Shown here: in pieces, positions 62,738-64,000 of the stretch | Numbering within the stretch: the first letter of the stretch is position 1 | How the letters are laid out: each line of letters begins with the position of its first letter | The notes under the pieces: generated by a model | What the model saw: only the letters and a program-made list of their open reading frames with translations | What the model was told of the DNA's origin: nothing | The model's database searches: none | Translations under genes and position numbers: made by a program | NCBI GenBank assembly: GCA_013265495.1 | Contig: MU058206.1 | Span: forward strand, 560,001-624,000 | Source of the DNA: Vicugna vicugna | Taxonomy: Eukaryota | Length of the DNA: 64,000 nucleotides | Direction: 5' to 3'

Positions 62738-64000
62738 CCATATCAACGGCATATTAGTCACAGTTGTTTTAAATTCCTGGTCTAGTAATTCCAACATCCT
62801 GCCATATCTGAGCCTGGCTTTGATGCTTGCTGTCTGTCTCTTCAGACTGTGTTTTCCGTCTTTTAGTATGACTTGGAATTTTTTCCTGATAGCCAGATAT
62901 GATGTGGTGGGTAAAAGCAACTGCAGTAAATAAGCCTTTAGTAATGTGGTGAGTTGTGGGGGGAGGGGAAGCATCCATGGTCCTCTGAGTAGGTCTTAGT
63001 CTCTTAATGAATCTGTACCTCTGGATTATGAACTTCATAAGTGCTTTTTGTTCCCTCTCTTAGGTGGGACAGGATGGTTAGAGTGGCTAGAATTGGGTGT
63101 TTCCCTTCCTCGAGTCAGTTAGACTCTAAAAAGCTCCAATAATTTAGGCTCTATTGAAATCGTTTCTCTTGAGGGCAAGCCTTGTTAAAAAGAACAGAAA
63201 GCTCTGGCTATTTTAAATTGGTTACTTTTCCCCTCCTCCTGCCAGAAGCGTGAGAATTTTCCCCCAATATTTACTGTGAGAAACTTGTGGAGTCTTGGAA
63301 GTAAAATTCACTAAAGAGTAGAATTACCATAACTGGGTCCCTGAAGTTTTTAGTTCTCAGGCTGTTCACACTGTGTCTCCTGAAATTCATCAATTATAGT
63401 TGAGGTTTTTCCTGCATCAGCACTGGTTCCTGCGGAGGTGTTTGCTTATGGGTTTCTGCAAAGTTAAGCTGTGATTTTTCAATACCTGCCTGCCTGCCTG
63501 CTCTCCAGCTTGAAGGGCAGCAATCTGCCCCATGATGGATCCAAGGAAGAGTGTTGACTTTTTCAGTTTGTTTAGTTTCTTAGTTGTTATTAGGGTGGCC
63601 TTATGACTTCCTAGCTCCTTACATGTTGGACTACAATCATCTTCAGTTTTTAAAGGACATTTTCTCTTTTTTCTTTTTCTGCCGGTTTGCCAGTAATTTT
63701 TACAGTATTTCACATATATCATTTCATTCTCTTCTTGCTTCCATAATTTCTGTGGAAATGTAGGATGTCAGTCTTAATGATAGCATACAGTTGGTCCTCC
63801 TTTTTAAAAAGACAGTCTGATAATCTCTGTCTTGGAGTATTTGATCATTTACATTTGATGCAATTATTAGTATGGTTGGTTCTAAATCTACCCATTTTCT
63901 ATTTGTTTCTTTTAGTCCTAGGTATTTTTTATTTCTTTTTTCTTCTTTTCCTGCTTTCTTTTTCACTAATTGACGGTTAAAAAACATTCCTTTTATCTCT

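Larger units (their letters stand above)
55170..64000 (-). mobile_element. Cluster of nested, decayed L1 elements (3'UTRs, ORF2 RT/EN remnants, 5' region)
   Basis: ORF-track remnants of L1 ORF2: [31 protein letters not shown] (61209-61409), IHHINRLKNKNHMII..DKIQHP (61634-61819), LPNLIYRFKAI (60793-60990), NNPILKWAKD (59974-60237), and EN-start-like ITTLNIN (~62140-62160) and IIASNVN (~63845-63870). Several 3' ends are present. Confidence 0.9.

Overview
Mammalian genomic DNA from the SGCA - HILS1 (H1-9) - COL1A1 locus. The host is very likely a camelid, judging by four tRNA-derived Vic-1-type SINEs. The window holds SGCA exons 2-10 on the + strand (exon 1 lies upstream of the window) and an intact 173-aa spermatid linker histone HILS1 nested antisense in SGCA intron 8. 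It also holds the complete 51-exon COL1A1 gene on the - strand (1465 aa), with its promoter, 5' stem-loop, 3'UTR and -1.6 kb osteoblast element, followed by about 29 kb of repeat-rich upstream DNA (MIR, L2, a decayed Charlie/Buster transposase, MLT LTRs, a nested L1 cluster). The most unusual observations are: (1) a polyadenylated, 5'-truncated ERV transcript (env tail + PPT + U3-R + polyA, candidate TSD) inserted co-directionally just upstream of the putative HILS1 core promoter; (2) HILS1 leader architecture suggesting the long human N-terminus is translated 5'UTR, with a candidate leader intron; (3) a COL1A1 C-telopeptide reading EKAGGDGR instead of the usual EKAHDGGR; (4) a near-consensus CTCF motif inside an L2 tail between the convergent SGCA and COL1A1 3' ends. 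Gene, repeat and human-sequence comparisons come from recognition and recall; no database search was run.
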